Positions 15,880 to 25,052 of a stretch of DNA of 37,731 nt are shown here, in pieces. Below the pieces are notes generated by a model, which did not search any database, had not been told where the DNA came from, and saw only the letters and a program-made list of their open reading frames with translations. Both the position numbers and the translations under genes were made by a program. The stretch is from assembly GCA_965365595.1 (NCBI GenBank), contig CBDUCG010000002.1, forward strand, positions 1 to 37,731. The letters are read 5' to 3'. Every line of letters begins with the position of its first letter. The stretch's first letter is position 1. Origin of the DNA: an uncultured bacterium (GTDB lineage Bacteria; Desulfobacterota_D; UBA1144; Nemesobacterales; UBA2774).

Positions 15880-16941
15880 ATGGAACTTAGTCCCGATGCG
15901 ATAAAAAGCGCTCTTCAGAGCGTAAAATACCCTGGTTTTACTAGAGACATAGTCTCGTTTGGTCTGGTAAAAGATATAAAAATCGACGGCAATAAAGTTA
16001 ATGTGTCATTAGTATTGCCGAAACCAGATGACAAACTTAAATCTGAAATCGGTGAGTCCGTTAGGACCGCCGTCCTTGAAACCCCTGGAGTAGCTGATGT
16101 GAGCATAGATATTTCCGCACGTCAGCCAAAGACTGCTCCTCCGGGCCAGGGCCCGCAAAAAGCCGAGAAATCGGCAAAACTTCCAGATATCAAATATTAC
16201 ATTGCAGTTGCCAGCGGAAAAGGCGGCGTGGGGAAATCCACCGTTGCAGTAAACATTGCGGTGGCTATGGCAAAAATGAGAGACAGGGTTGGTCTAATGG
16301 ACGCGGACATCTGGGGACCCAGCATACCCACTATGCTAGGAATAAAAGACAGACCCAAAGCAACTGAGGAGAACAAGATTGTACCTCTGAACAAATTCGG
16401 TCTAAAGCTAATGTCCATAGGTTTTCTTGTGAATGAAGATGAAACAGTAATCTGGCGCGGCCCAATGGTGCATGGTGCCATAAAGCAGTTTATAGAAGAT
16501 GTAATTTGGGATGATACGGACCACCTGGTAATAGACCTTCCGCCCGGAACAGGCGATGCACAGCTATCACTCGTTCAAACAGCTCCTTTAAGCGGTGGAT
16601 TGATTGTTACAACACCTCAGGATGTAGCGCTGATTGACGTTAAACGCGGAGTTCAAATGTTCAGGAAGCTAAATGTGCCGATTCTGGGAATAGTTGAGAA
16701 TATGAGCTATCTTGAGCAGCCCGGCGACGCGGAGCCGATCGACATATTCGGTAGAGGCGGCGGAAAAAAAATGGCCGAGCAGTTCGGAGTGCCTTTCCTG
16801 GGAGAAATACCTATAGATCCTGAAATCAGAAAAGGCGGCGACAGCGGAACACCAATCGTTGAATCTCACCCAGAGAGCACGGCGGCAAAAGCGTTTAATC
16901 AGATAGCCGAAACAATTCTAAACACCATTGAAAAAGTCTAA
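15880..16941 (+). CDS. apbC: Mrp/NBP35/ApbC-family Fe-S cluster carrier ATPase with an N-terminal DUF59-like domain
   Basis: The deviant Walker A ASGKGGVGKST is present, along with DLPPGTGD and ENMSY. Confidence 0.92.
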   Translation: MELSPDAIKSALQSVKYPGFTRDIVSFGLVKDIKIDGNKVNVSLVLPKPDDKLKSEIGESVRTAVLETPGVADVSIDISARQPKTAPPGQGPQKAEKSAKLPDIKYYIAVASGKGGVGKSTVAVNIAVAMAKMRDRVGLMDADIWGPSIPTMLGIKDRPKATEENKIVPLNKFGLKLMSIGFLVNEDETVIWRGPMVHGAIKQFIEDVIWDDTDHLVIDLPPGTGDAQLSLVQTAPLSGGLIVTTPQDVALIDVKRGVQMFRKLNVPILGIVENMSYLEQPGDAEPIDIFGRGGGKKMAEQFGVPFLGEIPIDPEIRKGGDSGTPIVESHPESTAAKAFNQIAETILNTIEKV

Positions 16942-17134
16942 CACGGCTTTTATGATTTGCCTTTCTACCTTGAACCAGCTTAAGCAATGACTATCTTATG
17001 ATATATCACATAAATATAGGAGATTGTTGGAGTTTTAATGCTGTACAAATAAATTGACGTATGTATAGCGAGTAGCTATTCTGTCATTTACTATATAATT
17101 TGTTACGGGCAGCAGTTTAACCAAAGATACTTAA

Positions 17135-18139
17135 ATGGCTTCAGTTAAAGATTATTATAAAATTCTGGGCGTTTCCAAAAGCGCTACAAAAGAAGAGATA
17201 AAAAAGGCTTACCGGAATCTCGCAAGAAAATACCATCCCGACCATAACCCGGACAATAAAGACGCTGAGGAAAAATTTAAAGAAGTCCAGGAAGCTCACG
17301 AAGTCCTTTCTGATGAAGAAAAGAGAAAAACCTATGATATGTTCGGAAGTGCCGAATTCAGACCTGGCGGCCAGACCACCTGGAGAAGAGCGGGAGACAC
17401 CGGAGGGGGAAATTATCAATACACCTACAGCTCTCAGGACTTTCCGGGGTTCGAAGACATATTTAAAGACATATTCGGATTTGGCGGGGAACCGCGGGCT
17501 AGAAGAACTGCAGGAGGAAGAGGCGGAGGAGGTTTTCGTGACATCTTCAGCCAGGCCACAAGAGAACAGCCCTCAAAGGGAAAAGATCTTGAATATCAAA
17601 TTGAGATAGATTTTGATACCGCGATCAGGGGCGGCGTAAGAGATATCACAATTAGTCGTCAAAAGTTGAACAATGTAAGTACAGAAAAATTATCCGTCAA
17701 AATCCCGCCCGGCGTTACTACAGGCTCAAGAATCAGGGTGCAGGGCAAAGGAGAATCCGGGACAAGGGGCACGCAAGGAGACCTGTATCTTAAAATCAGG
17801 GTTACACCGCACCCTATATTCAATCGCAGACAGGATGATATATATCTGGAAGTACCGATTACAATATACGAAGCGGCGCTCGGAAAGCAGGTTGACGTAC
17901 CTACAATCGACGGAACCGCGAAAGTCTCCATTCCCCCGGGTGTGCAGAACGGAACAAAACTCAGACTTAAAGGCAAAGGTGTTCAAAATATTAAATCCAA
18001 ACAGCGCGGGGATCAGTATGTTGAGGTGAAGATCGTTATGCCTGATAATATAAAAGAGAGTGATAAAAAAATATTTGAACAAATGGCTGAATCCAGCCCC
18101 TATGACCCGAGAACGAAATTTAACAAGTATATGAACTGA
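17135..18139 (+). CDS. DnaJ-class co-chaperone without a zinc-finger domain (CbpA-like, type II)
   Basis: The J domain reads [34 protein letters not shown]-rich linker ([21 protein letters not shown]) and two C-terminal beta-domains follow. No CxxCxGxG repeats are present. Confidence 0.9.
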   Translation: MASVKDYYKILGVSKSATKEEIKKAYRNLARKYHPDHNPDNKDAEEKFKEVQEAHEVLSDEEKRKTYDMFGSAEFRPGGQTTWRRAGDTGGGNYQYTYSSQDFPGFEDIFKDIFGFGGEPRARRTAGGRGGGGFRDIFSQATREQPSKGKDLEYQIEIDFDTAIRGGVRDITISRQKLNNVSTEKLSVKIPPGVTTGSRIRVQGKGESGTRGTQGDLYLKIRVTPHPIFNRRQDDIYLEVPITIYEAALGKQVDVPTIDGTAKVSIPPGVQNGTKLRLKGKGVQNIKSKQRGDQYVEVKIVMPDNIKESDKKIFEQMAESSPYDPRTKFNKYMN

Positions 18140-18161
18140 ATTAACCTTAGGAGGTTATAGA

Positions 18162-18446
18162 ATGAACGACGAACAGAAACCAAAATACAGCGGGGAATTA
18201 ACAATGGATTTTTCAACATTCATCCTCTCGCTAAACGCATCGTCTTTAATACATCTGGGAGAAATTCACGATCCTCAGCTCAAGGAGATCAGCGTAAATC
18301 TCCCAGCGGCAAAACATACAATAGAAATTTTGGAAATTCTGAAAGACAAAACGGTCGGCAATCTGGATGATAATGAAAACAAACTTTTAAATGATATTCT
18401 TTACAATTTGAGATTGAAATATATGCAGCATTCAAAGTCCGGTTAA
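18162..18446 (+). CDS. DUF1844 family small protein
   Basis: AGGAGG lies 7 nt upstream. FSTFILSLNASSLIHLGEI...AAKHTIEILEILKDKTVGNLDDNENKLLNDILYNLRLKY matches my recollection of the DUF1844 pattern. The gene starts 22 nt after the dnaJ-like stop. Confidence 0.8.
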   Translation: MNDEQKPKYSGELTMDFSTFILSLNASSLIHLGEIHDPQLKEISVNLPAAKHTIEILEILKDKTVGNLDDNENKLLNDILYNLRLKYMQHSKSG

Positions 18447-18465
18447 ATCATTTCACAGTTGGATC

Positions 18466-19184
18466 CTAGGCGCCGGAAGCAAGACCGGCAAACATACAAG
18501 AATTCTCAATAATTTTATCAACTTCATCAATCCCTAGTTCATTTTCCAGTATTTTAAGCCCAGACGATAGTGTGGGGGCCTTCTCCGGCTGGAATGCGCA
18601 TCACTTGCAACAATATCTATCACACCCATACTAGCAAAGCTCAATGAACATTTTTCAGCCTTTTCTCCAAAATCACCGCTAAGATTTGATGCGGTTATCT
18701 GAACCGAAGCTCCAAGTTCTTTGAAGTCCAGGATACGTGACGGGTTCTCCTAAAATTCTTTTACTCTCTCAGGATGAGCCAGAATGGTTTTTCCCTTATC
18801 TTATCCAAACTTTCTATTATTTCTTCAAGACAAAGGGGAAGCTAATAAAAGGCTATTTCTAACAAGACATATACTCCCTCTGAAAGAGGCAATATGCAAC
18901 CAGAAGCAAGTAAATTATCTAAATTAGGCGTTATAGCTATTTTCATTCCGTGATACACCGTAAACTCCATACCCGCATCCTCTATTCTCTGATTTAGCTC
19001 TTCAGCTTTTTGTCTTATACTTGCGGCTGAAGGCTCCCAGTCGCTGCCCTGAATCCAGTGGGGGAGTACAAACAGCTCATCTGATGCCGTCATTATGGGC
19101 GATAGAAACCATCTGCAGGCTTTCTTCCCAGCTCTTTAACCCGTCGTCAATGTTCTGTAGCATATGACTATAGAGGTCTATCAT
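18466..19184 (-). pseudogene. Disrupted PHP-family protein-tyrosine phosphatase (CpsB/YwqE-like)
   Basis: Fragments in three frames read, in order: MIDLYSHMLQNIDDGLKSWEESLQMVSIAHNDGI; DELFVLPHW...GVYVLLEIAFY*LPLCLEEIIESLDKI; ILAHPERVKEF*ENPSRILDFKELGASVQITASNLSGDFGEK...VIDIVASDAHS; and ...LKILENELGIDEVDKIIENS. There are at least two in-frame TAG stops (18842-18844 and 18750-18752) and at least three frameshifts. The first His of the N-terminal HxH motif is Tyr. Confidence 0.8.
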
Positions 19185-19254
19185 AGAAGAGAGTATATTC
19201 GAGTTTGTTTTCAGGTGAAGACAATTATAAGAATCAGGCCGTTTACGGCTAGCT

Positions 19255-20157
19255 TTAATCAACTTTGGAAAGTTTTAAGAAATCCGCAAATCTTGAGCTG
19301 ATCTCTTCTTTAGTAAGTCCAGATAATCTTCTGACGCTGAAATTCTCAACAGTAAAAGACGCAACGACGCTTCCGTTTACTACGGCTGTTTTAAATCCGG
19401 ACGGATCAGTAATGTCATTGCCTGCTATGTATCCCATAAATCCGCCGGCAAAAGTGTCTCCCGCCCCTGTAGGGTCGATTACTTCTTCAAGCGGAAAGCT
19501 TGGCGCCCAGAATATATCATCGCCCGCGAACATGAGCGCGCCGTATTCGCCTCTTTTAACAATAAGAACTTTCGGGCCCATTTCGAGCACTGCTCTTGCC
19601 GCTGTTGTTATTCGCGGCTCTCCCGCAAGCGCCCTGGTCTCTGAATCATTGATAAGAAGTATGTCTACATGCTTTAGTACTTTTTTAAGTTCTTCGACCT
19701 TATTATCAATCCAGAAATTCATAGTATCGCACGCGACCAGCTTGGGATCTTTAACCTGGTTCAACACGCTTAGTTGCAGTTCGGGATCAATATTGGCAAG
19801 GAAAACATAATCGACATTGCTGTAGCTGTCCGGTATTACAGGGTTAAAATTTTCAAAAACATTCAGATAAGTGCCCAGAGTATCTGGATCTCCCAGATCA
19901 TACCCGTATTTACCTTCCCATTTAAAAGTCTCACCCTCTTCTCTTGTTACTCCCTTAAGGTTTATTTTCTTTTCCCTAAAAAGGTCCAGATGCCCTTCCG
20001 GAAAATCTTTACCAACGACAGCCACAATACCGACTTCTGTAAACATGCTGGCCGCCAGTGAAAAATATGAGGCCGAACCTCCGAGGATATTATCTTCCTT
20101 TCCAAATGGGGTTTCTATAGTATCAAGCGCCATGGAACCAACTACGAGTAATTTCAT
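19255..20157 (-). CDS. PfkB/ribokinase-family carbohydrate or nucleoside kinase
   Basis: GGSASYFSLAAS and the C-terminal DPTGAGDTFAGGF motif are present. The start overlaps the MTAP stop as TAATG. Confidence 0.88.
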   Translation of the reverse strand: MKLLVVGSMALDTIETPFGKEDNILGGSASYFSLAASMFTEVGIVAVVGKDFPEGHLDLFREKKINLKGVTREEGETFKWEGKYGYDLGDPDTLGTYLNVFENFNPVIPDSYSNVDYVFLANIDPELQLSVLNQVKDPKLVACDTMNFWIDNKVEELKKVLKHVDILLINDSETRALAGEPRITTAARAVLEMGPKVLIVKRGEYGALMFAGDDIFWAPSFPLEEVIDPTGAGDTFAGGFMGYIAGNDITDPSGFKTAVVNGSVVASFTVENFSVRRLSGLTKEEISSRFADFLKLSKVD

Positions 20158-21011
20158 TATATATACCTCTTTATTAGTATTTCGAGACGGTCTCTAGCCT
20201 CTTTTGTGATAACTTCCTTCGGTGTTATTATCGCATTCTGGAGTGCGTAGCAACATGGGCATTCCCTGCTTTCTTTAATTTTAGGAACTGCGGTTTTTAT
20301 TATATTTCTGGCAAGCGCAACATTGCTGTTTAAGGTCTCTATTAGGTCCTCGACACTCACATCATCGTGATCATCGTGCCAGCAGTCATAATCTGTAACT
20401 AGGGAAATGCTGCCGTAACAAATCTCGGCTTCTCGGGCAAGCTTTGCTTCGGTGGCATTGGTCATGCCGATAATGTCTACCCCCCAGCTCCTGTATACGT
20501 TGCTCTCGGCTCTGGATGAAAATTGCGGCCCTTCCATGCACAGATACGTACCGCCTTTGTGGACATTAGCACCTGAGCTGATTGAAGCATTAAATAGTTC
20601 TTCCGACAATGATCTGCAAACAGGATCAGCCATAGACAAATGCGCTACTATGCCGTCACCAAAAAATGTTGATGCTCTTGTTTTTGTATGATCATAGAAT
20701 TGAGATGGGATAACAACCTGTCCGGGAGCAATATGTTCTTTCATGCTGCCTACCGCGCTTACAGAGAGAATCCATTCCACACCCAGTTTTTTCATCGCGT
20801 AGATATTTGCCCTGAAATTTATCTCTGACGGCATAATCTTGTGCCCGCGTCCGTGTCTGGGGAGAAAAACCATCTTGGTATCTCCCAAATTTCCTGTAAT
20901 TAAATCGTCGGACGGACTGCCCCAGGGCGTATCAACAGCAACGGACTCCACATCTGAAAGTCCCTCGATTTCATACAAACCACTTCCCCCGATTACTCCA
21001 ACTGTCTTCAT
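20157..21011 (-). CDS. mtnP: S-methyl-5'-thioadenosine phosphorylase
   Basis: VGVIGGSGLY, FLPRHGRGH and IIGMTNATEAKLAREAE are present. I prefer ATG 21011, which has GAGGTG upstream, to the tracked GTG at 21035. Confidence 0.9.
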   Translation of the reverse strand: MKTVGVIGGSGLYEIEGLSDVESVAVDTPWGSPSDDLITGNLGDTKMVFLPRHGRGHKIMPSEINFRANIYAMKKLGVEWILSVSAVGSMKEHIAPGQVVIPSQFYDHTKTRASTFFGDGIVAHLSMADPVCRSLSEELFNASISSGANVHKGGTYLCMEGPQFSSRAESNVYRSWGVDIIGMTNATEAKLAREAEICYGSISLVTDYDCWHDDHDDVSVEDLIETLNSNVALARNIIKTAVPKIKESRECPCCYALQNAIITPKEVITKEARDRLEILIKRYI

Positions 21012-21073
21012 ATTCACCTCATCAATTAAGAGCACTTAAACTAACATTCAAACTATTTACGGTCAAGAATTTA

Positions 21074-21784
21074 CTATTGCCCTATCGGTTTTAGAACAAA
21101 TATCGATCTTTTTTTGTTACTAAAAGGTAGTTCAAACTCCTTATTGTCCAAGAGCTTTACTATGCGCGGATTTTTCTTCTCAAACTCATTCCATTCCGAA
21201 ATCCCCCGTTTACCTCTCATCAGAATTATAATTCCATTTTCCGCCAAATAGGGAGTGCATAAACTTACTATTTCTTCAAAACTTCCGACAGCTCTAGTGA
21301 TAACGTAGTTAAAACTATTTCTCTGAATATTATTATTTTCATCTTCAGCTCTTCCCCAGATCGCACGTATGTTCTTCAGTTGAAGTTTCCTGATAGTGTC
21401 ATTCAAAAAAGAAACTTTCTTGTTTACAGAGTCGAGCAAAGTTACCTCGAGCTCAGGTAATGCAATCTTAAGCGGTATTCCCGGAAATCCTCCTCCCGAT
21501 CCAATATCCAGCAACTTCTTGTCGTCATTAATAAAAGGAGCTGCTGAAAGGGAATCGACGAAATGATGCAAAACTATCTCCCTTTCATTCTTTATAGCGG
21601 TCAGATTTATTCTGTCATTCCATATTTTCAGATTTTCCAAATATGACAGAAAGAGGTCTATCTGAGAATTGGAAATTCTAACCCCAAGCTCCTTTGCCCC
21701 TTCAGTTAATAATTCTTTCAGAGTCAATTCAGATTCCTCATAAGCATAGGATGATAGACAACCATGCTTGGCTTTCCTTTCCAC
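21074..21784 (-). CDS. rsmG: 16S rRNA (guanine527-N7)-methyltransferase
   Basis: WNDRINLTAI and LLDIGSGGGFPGIPLKI are present. An alternative TTG start at 21727 would form a TTGA start/stop overlap with the upstream nuclease gene, instead of a 61-nt overlap. Confidence 0.88.
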   Translation of the reverse strand: MERKAKHGCLSSYAYEESELTLKELLTEGAKELGVRISNSQIDLFLSYLENLKIWNDRINLTAIKNEREIVLHHFVDSLSAAPFINDDKKLLDIGSGGGFPGIPLKIALPELEVTLLDSVNKKVSFLNDTIRKLQLKNIRAIWGRAEDENNNIQRNSFNYVITRAVGSFEEIVSLCTPYLAENGIIILMRGKRGISEWNEFEKKNPRIVKLLDNKEFELPFSNKKRSIFVLKPIGQ

Positions 21785-22413
21785 ATCCTTACCCTGCCAA
21801 TTACTTCAACATGCTTATTCTTGTAATAATTATCCGGTTCTATTCCAAAATACTCAAAGTTTTCAATGTCATCACTAAAGATAACAATATCGATCATATC
21901 CTGCATATTTAAAACAATCACCTTATCCGACTTCCGGGTATCTGTAACGTACCCATCTATGACTACCCGCTTTCCCTCGTAGCGGCTTACCTTGTCCAGG
22001 TCGATCAGGAACCGGTGGTTTCCCTCCGGAGGGGGCAGCTTACTCAAATTTGCCCATATACCTTTTCTCTCTTTTTTGGCTTGATTGACCGCATCACTAA
22101 TTATTTCTGAATAATTGTCATTTGACTCTATTATAAGAACAGTGGCAAGACCCTGTTTGAGAAGCTCCTCGTTCACCATGAGATCATCTATATAGACATG
22201 AGCAATAATCCTCCCGTAAGAATCATACTTTTGCTCATCAAACTCAAGCCTGACTTTCTTCCCCTCTACGAGCCCGGAGTTGAAATCCCATGCCTCAAGA
22301 GACATTGGGTCTCCGGGGCTGTTTTGAAGAGGAATTTCCGGCGTATCTATATCCCGATATCTGACGCGTGAATGTTTTGTGTCGTCAATAATTACAGTGT
22401 CCCCATCTAACAC
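21724..22413 (-). CDS. Staphylococcal-nuclease (SNase/thermonuclease) domain protein with a C-terminal OB-fold-like domain; the N-terminal signal anchor is encoded out of frame upstream
   Basis: VLDGDTVII...VRYRDIDTPE...YGRIIAHVYIDDLMVNEELLKQGLA carries the SNase motifs. See the frameshift finding for 22414..22534. Confidence 0.85.
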   Translation of the reverse strand: MLDGDTVIIDDTKHSRVRYRDIDTPEIPLQNSPGDPMSLEAWDFNSGLVEGKKVRLEFDEQKYDSYGRIIAHVYIDDLMVNEELLKQGLATVLIIESNDNYSEIISDAVNQAKKERKGIWANLSKLPPPEGNHRFLIDLDKVSRYEGKRVVIDGYVTDTRKSDKVIVLNMQDMIDIVIFSDDIENFEYFGIEPDNYYKNKHVEVIGRVRMWKGKPSMVVYHPMLMRNLN

Positions 22414-22456
22414 TTTAATAACGGTGACCTCTTTGGAATCAGGTCCTGCATCTGTA

Positions 22457-22469
22457 TTTTTTTAAAAAA
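22457..22469. repeat. T7A6 homopolymer pair at the nuclease frameshift site
   Basis: The plus strand reads tttttttaaaaaa and the minus strand reads T6A7. Removing one A on the minus strand fuses the MKRKNKKALYLLFLILVFGTYYFLK anchor in frame to NTDAGPDSKEVTVIKVLDGD. Confidence 0.9.
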
Positions 22470-22560
22470 TAGTAGGTACCGAAAACTAAAATGAGAAAAA
22501 GAAGATATAGAGCCTTTTTGTTCTTACGTTTCATTATATAGCGTCAATGGTTCTTATTTT

Positions 22561-23382
22561 CTAAGTATCTATAGGTGCGGCAAAAGGATTAAACTCTTTA
22601 ACCGGTGTAGTGCCGTCAGAGATTAATTTTCTGCCGAAGGTGAGAAATCCGGTGTGGCTCACCATACGGTCAACGGGCCGGGTTTTACCAGTACTTACCT
22701 GTAAATATCTGAGTAATAGCTCAAGAGTTTCTATGTATACAAAACCGTGTTTTTCCAGATTCTCAACACATTTTTCGACCTGATTAAATGTGGGAGAGAG
22801 GCTTGCGATTCTACCACCGCCCCTTAGCGATTTAGCGGCGGATGCTATACCATCCCATGGAGAGGGCAGGTCTAATATTACAACATCAACATCTTCCTCA
22901 TCAAAACCCTCCTGGGCTTGGCGTAATTTAAACTCTACGTATTCTGAATATCCCGCGTTTTCAATGTTCATCCTTGCGTTCTCGAGGTGCTTTTCCCTAA
23001 AGTCATATGTATAAACCATTCCGCCCGGTGCCACGGCGTTGGCAAGAGCCATAGTGAGAGAACCACTCCCTGCTCCGCACTCTACAACTCTCATCCCCGA
23101 CTGAATGCCCGTTTTTAAAATCATATAAGCCGCGTCTTTCGGATAAATTATCTGAGTATGCCGCTTAACCTTCATCATCTTGTCTTCGAGCGTAGGTTCC
23201 AGAAGTAGAAACGTATGTCCCATGTTGGAATAAATTCTTTCCCCAAAGGATTTCCCAATACATTCGCCGAGATTTATCTCCCCTTTATGGGTCCCCATTT
23301 TCTTGCCCTCAGAAACGGTTACCAAAAAAGTTTTTTCATCTGGAGAAATAATAAGAACATGATCGCCGGTTTTTATTTTCAT
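22561..23382 (-). CDS. trmI: tRNA (adenine58-N1)-methyltransferase (TrmI/GCD14 family)
   Basis: MKIKTGDHVLI and VVECGAGSGSLTMALANAV are present, and DVVILDLPSPW. I prefer ATG 23382 to the tracked TTG at 23391. Confidence 0.88.
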   Translation of the reverse strand: MKIKTGDHVLIISPDEKTFLVTVSEGKKMGTHKGEINLGECIGKSFGERIYSNMGHTFLLLEPTLEDKMMKVKRHTQIIYPKDAAYMILKTGIQSGMRVVECGAGSGSLTMALANAVAPGGMVYTYDFREKHLENARMNIENAGYSEYVEFKLRQAQEGFDEEDVDVVILDLPSPWDGIASAAKSLRGGGRIASLSPTFNQVEKCVENLEKHGFVYIETLELLLRYLQVSTGKTRPVDRMVSHTGFLTFGRKLISDGTTPVKEFNPFAAPIDT

Positions 23383-23415
23383 TGTCCGCAAGAGTAATTC
23401 ATAACATTCATATTT

Positions 23416-24594
23416 TCAAGATTCGCTGTTCGGTTCAAAAAAAGTGAACAGTAAAAATCCTAAAAACACTACACAGCCAGTCGCGAAATACATTATTTCA
23501 TAACCGTAATCTCTGGCAATAAGGCCAAGCGGAAACGCAAGGAAATTTATACCCATGCTGTAAGAAGCATTAAAAGCCCCCATGGCTTTTCCCCTTTCAT
23601 GAGATTCTGCTTTATCTATAACCAGAGCGCTCAACGTTGGGTATAAAAATCCATACCCGATGCTGAAAAAGAGTGATATCAGAACAGCGCTTACTGCGTT
23701 ATCAACGAAATACATCGCCGCAAGCGAAATAGAAACCGCCAAAAGACAAGGTGAAGCTATCGTCTTTCTCCCCAAACTGTCTGAAATGCGTCCGCCGAAT
23801 ATTCTTACTGCAGTTACCGCTATAGTGTAGGTCAGGAAAAAATAAAAAGCCGCCAATCCTTTGGATCTTAAAAAAGTAGCCACAAAGTTCAATATCGACC
23901 CGAGACCGCCGGCAAGAATTAGATTGGAAATTAAAATAAGCGCATATCTCCTGGACGCTATTAACCGGAAAAAACCAAGACCATGGGGATCTGTAGATTT
24001 CACAAAATCCCCGTCATGGGTGAAAAGGGTGAGTATAAATGCTATAAAGCTAAATAGTGAAGCGTATATAAAAAATGAATAGAAAGTGAAAAGTTCGATG
24101 ACAAGCTCACCCAGCGAAGGACCGATTGCGTAGGAAGCTATGGTAAATGCGCTGAATATTCCAAGACCCTCGGCTCTTGTTTCAGGAGGTATGTAGTCGG
24201 ACACAAAGGTGCCGGCAGCTGTAAATGCAAACGCAAACGACACACCCTGAATAAATCTTAGCAAATAAAACAGCGGGGAAAGATGATCTATAAATAGATA
24301 TCCGAGCGAAGCGACAGCCATAATTCCATAACCCATAAGCATAAATCTTCGCCTGCCGTATTTATCCACCAGATAGGCGACAAAGGGAATTGCGCCAAGT
24401 GACGTAATGCCGAAGGAGCCCATAATGAAGCCGATATTGGCTTCGTTTCCACCAAGGTCCTTTATGTATATGGGCAAAAGGAAAAACGACGAAAAATTGC
24501 AAAAGAAAAAGAAATTAGCCGCGGTAGCCAGTGAAAAATTTTTAAATTGCGAGGATGAGAAACGGGACGCCATTTTTTTATTAAAACCTGCCAA
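23416..24594 (-). CDS. MFS transporter
   Basis: 392 aa with about 12 hydrophobic helices. The loop 2-3 motif is DKYGRRRFM. Confidence 0.85.
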   Translation of the reverse strand: MAGFNKKMASRFSSSQFKNFSLATAANFFFFCNFSSFFLLPIYIKDLGGNEANIGFIMGSFGITSLGAIPFVAYLVDKYGRRRFMLMGYGIMAVASLGYLFIDHLSPLFYLLRFIQGVSFAFAFTAAGTFVSDYIPPETRAEGLGIFSAFTIASYAIGPSLGELVIELFTFYSFFIYASLFSFIAFILTLFTHDGDFVKSTDPHGLGFFRLIASRRYALILISNLILAGGLGSILNFVATFLRSKGLAAFYFFLTYTIAVTAVRIFGGRISDSLGRKTIASPCLLAVSISLAAMYFVDNAVSAVLISLFFSIGYGFLYPTLSALVIDKAESHERGKAMGAFNASYSMGINFLAFPLGLIARDYGYEIMYFATGCVVFLGFLLFTFFEPNSES

Positions 24595-24648
24595 ACAGTA
24601 ACTTCATTAGGTGTTTAATATCAGAATAGTGAATAATAACCATATTCT

Positions 24649-24676
24649 TTGACAATGCATAATCACGTGATATATT
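24649..24676 (+). promoter_or_regulatory. Candidate sigma70-type promoter for the tRNA-Lys/tRNA-Glu pair
   Basis: TTGACA (24649..24654), 16 nt spacer, TATATT (24671..24676), 15 nt before the tRNA-Lys 5' end. Confidence 0.5.
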
Positions 24677-24691
24677 TTTGGCCTTGTTAAT

Positions 24692-24764
24692 GAGCCGTTA
24701 GCTCAGTAGGTAGAGCAACTGCCTTTTAAGCAGTGGGCCGCAGGTTCGAATCCTGCACGGCTCA
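24692..24764 (+). tRNA. tRNA-Lys (anticodon UUU)
   Basis: GAGCCGT-TA-GCTC-AGTAGGTA-GAGC-A-ACTGC-CTTTTAA-GCAGT-GGGCC-GCAGG-TTCGAAT-CCTGC-ACGGCTC-A gives a perfect cloverleaf of 73 nt. CCA is not encoded. Confidence 0.95.
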
Positions 24765-24774
24765 TTCTTTGCCA

Positions 24775-24849
24775 GTCCCCATCGTCTAGCCTGGCCCAGG
24801 ACATCGGCCTTTCACGCCGAAAACAGGGGTTCAAATCCCCTTGGGGACG
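24775..24849 (+). tRNA. tRNA-Glu (anticodon UUC)
   Basis: GTCCCCA-TC-GTCT-AGCCTGGCCCA-GGAC-A-TCGGC-CTTTCAC-GCCGA-AAAC-AGGGG-TTCAAAT-CCCCT-TGGGGAC-G, 75 nt. Confidence 0.95.
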
Positions 24850-24876
24850 CATCTTACTTTAATGCGTTATATCCTT

Positions 24877-24899
24877 AGAAATAATCGTTTTTTATTTCT
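24877..24899 (+). terminator. Weak AT-rich hairpin downstream of tRNA-Glu (possible terminator)
   Basis: AGAAATAA-tcgtttt-TTATTTCT forms a perfect 8-bp stem. The stem is AT-rich and there is no clean trailing T tract. Confidence 0.25.
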
Positions 24900-25052
24900 A
24901 TTCGTGACTTGAATGAGCGTTTCAGATACGCCAGATCACAGCAAGATAATATTCAGCAAAAACCCTAGATAAGCTTTACATATCCCGCCCTATTTAATGA
25001 AGTCATTATTCAGATTGGTCAGAGCAATTATAACGAATTTGATTTACGACTG

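Noticed and set aside
17054-17082. Heat-shock control element (CIRCE) or sigma32 promoter upstream of the dnaJ-like gene
   Set aside because: No TTAGCACTC-N9-GAGTGCTAA inverted repeat is present. Only a generic TTGACG-17-TATTCT sigma70-like pair is visible, which is too weak to annotate.
18461-18474. Polylinker-like run of three overlapping 6-bp palindromes, GGATCCTAGGCGCC (BamHI/AvrII/NarI-type sites)
   Set aside because: It coincides with the reconstructed C-terminus and stop of the phosphatase pseudogene (..GLASGA*) and there is no flanking vector-like sequence. It is most likely chance.
19265-19810. 181-aa plus-strand ORF (with 19774-20061 and 19871-20197)
   Set aside because: They are antisense to the PfkB kinase gene, which has clear family motifs. 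Their Ser/Thr/Leu-rich low-complexity translations are typical of shadow ORFs.
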